A stretch of 64,000 nt of DNA, from positions 8,123 to 72,122 of the forward strand of contig FR884182.1 of NCBI GenBank assembly GCA_000435515.1. Direction: 5' to 3'. Below are positions 63,325 to 64,000 of this stretch, one piece after another. The notes under the pieces are model-generated. The model ran no database searches, had not been told where the DNA came from, and was given only the letters and a program-made list of their open reading frames with translations. The translations under genes and the position numbers were made by a program. Position 1 is the stretch's first letter. Every line of letters begins with the position of its first letter. The DNA is from Firmicutes bacterium CAG:582. GTDB taxonomy: Bacteria > Bacillota_I > Bacilli_A > RF39 > UBA660.

Positions 63325-64000
63325 TCACCTCACAATACTCTTTTTTTACAGGAACCGTCACATACCAATTTAAAAAGTCTGGACTAATTTTAATATATGC
63401 ATATTGTTTACTAGAATAATCTACATATTTACTTACCTTTTCAAGTTGTTTTGCTGTATTTAATTCTGGATGATTTACACAAGTTATAGTAGAGATTAAA
63501 ACGAATAAAAGAATGGCATATTGAACTACTGGTGTTTTAAAATCACTGTTTGAAGTAATACATATGCAAAAAGTAAAGAAAGCAATTATGGCAGGCAACG
63601 CATGATACCATATCTGATAACTTGTGCTTATCATTTCTTGATAATATGTAACAAAATCATCATTTTTATAATTAATCATAAAATATAAAAAGAATATAGA
63701 TCCCAGTCCAAATAGAAAATATTTTAATTTTCCATTACGTTCCGCAAAGTATAAAATGATAATCCATGACAATATTCCAAAAATAGTACTTATTCCAGCA
63801 TTTGCAAGATTTAAATATCCTAAACTTCCAAATAAAAAATTAATAGACGAAATAGATAATAAATATGAATAGTATAATAAATTTTCGATCCTATCAATTG
63901 CCAATTGTGGTTTTACAATCGTATTAACATCTGTTAAAAAAAGTATTGCATATGATTGAACAGCTAGAGCTAATATCAATAATAGAATTTTAATTATTTC
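63266..64000 (-). CDS. Polytopic membrane protein, C-terminal part (gene continues past the right edge); possible GT-C/polymerase-like partner of the GtrA/GtrB pair
   Basis: The frame stays open to position 64000, and the track's TTG at 63979 is not a demonstrable start. Several TM helices, then a hydrophilic tail. Confidence 0.4.
   Translation of the reverse strand, partial: EIIKILLLILALAVQSYAILFLTDVNTIVKPQLAIDRIENLLYYSYLLSISSINFLFGSLGYLNLANAGISTIFGILSWIIILYFAERNGKLKYFLFGLGSIFFLYFMINYKNDDFVTYYQEMISTSYQIWYHALPAIIAFFTFCICITSNSDFKTPVVQYAILLFVLISTITCVNHPELNTAKQLEKVSKYVDYSSKQYAYIKISPDFLNWYVTVPVKKEYCEVNDCGSKVQESSKISSSRRK

Overview
This is a very AT-rich, Firmicutes-like chromosomal segment, possibly from a spore-forming Erysipelotrichales/Clostridia-type organism. 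That guess rests on SpoIVB and YlbD/YlbE-like genes and low GC. Almost all genes are on the minus strand.

Layout:
- 1-13.7 kb, housekeeping genes plus a surface cluster: nfo, two orphan prepilin-type proteins, three tandem HExxH membrane paralogs, ylbD/ylbE-like genes, parC, trxA, cvpA, rnhC and holA.
- 13.77-29.4 kb, a roughly 15.6 kb accessory island starting at a tRNA-His gene. It holds a zinc-ribbon/Flg_new membrane protein, a GNAT gene followed by a 1455-aa SF1 helicase fused to a Vsr/DUF559-like nuclease (Hhe-like), and a P-loop kinase + radical SAM pair with its own promoter and terminator. It also holds a complete diversity-generating retroelement (DGR), an XRE regulator, and a truncated gene remnant at the far edge.
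- 29.5-34 kb: a BceRS/BceAB-type peptide-antibiotic sensing and detoxification module.
- 34-50.6 kb: a GGDEF protein, two unknown paralogs, mntP, a 1921-aa Flg_new-repeat/glycine-rich surface protein, nusB, a tmk-like kinase, an Hpt + REC pair, a C26 amidotransferase-like peptidase, SpoIVB and a DUF6273-like protein.
- 50.7-64 kb: a cell-wall/capsular polysaccharide locus.

The strongest finding is the DGR. It has a reverse transcriptase, Avd, a small MutS-like ORF, a 150-bp template repeat (TR) and a 150-bp variable repeat (VR) at the 3' end of a secreted lectin-fold target gene. TR and VR differ at 14 positions, and every difference falls on a TR adenine.

The best candidates for genuinely uncharacterised biology are:
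- the kinase + radical SAM unit;
- the HExxH ORF that appears co-transcribed with the DGR reverse transcriptase;
- the prepilin/HExxH-paralog cluster.

All family assignments come from motif recognition by eye. No database search was run.
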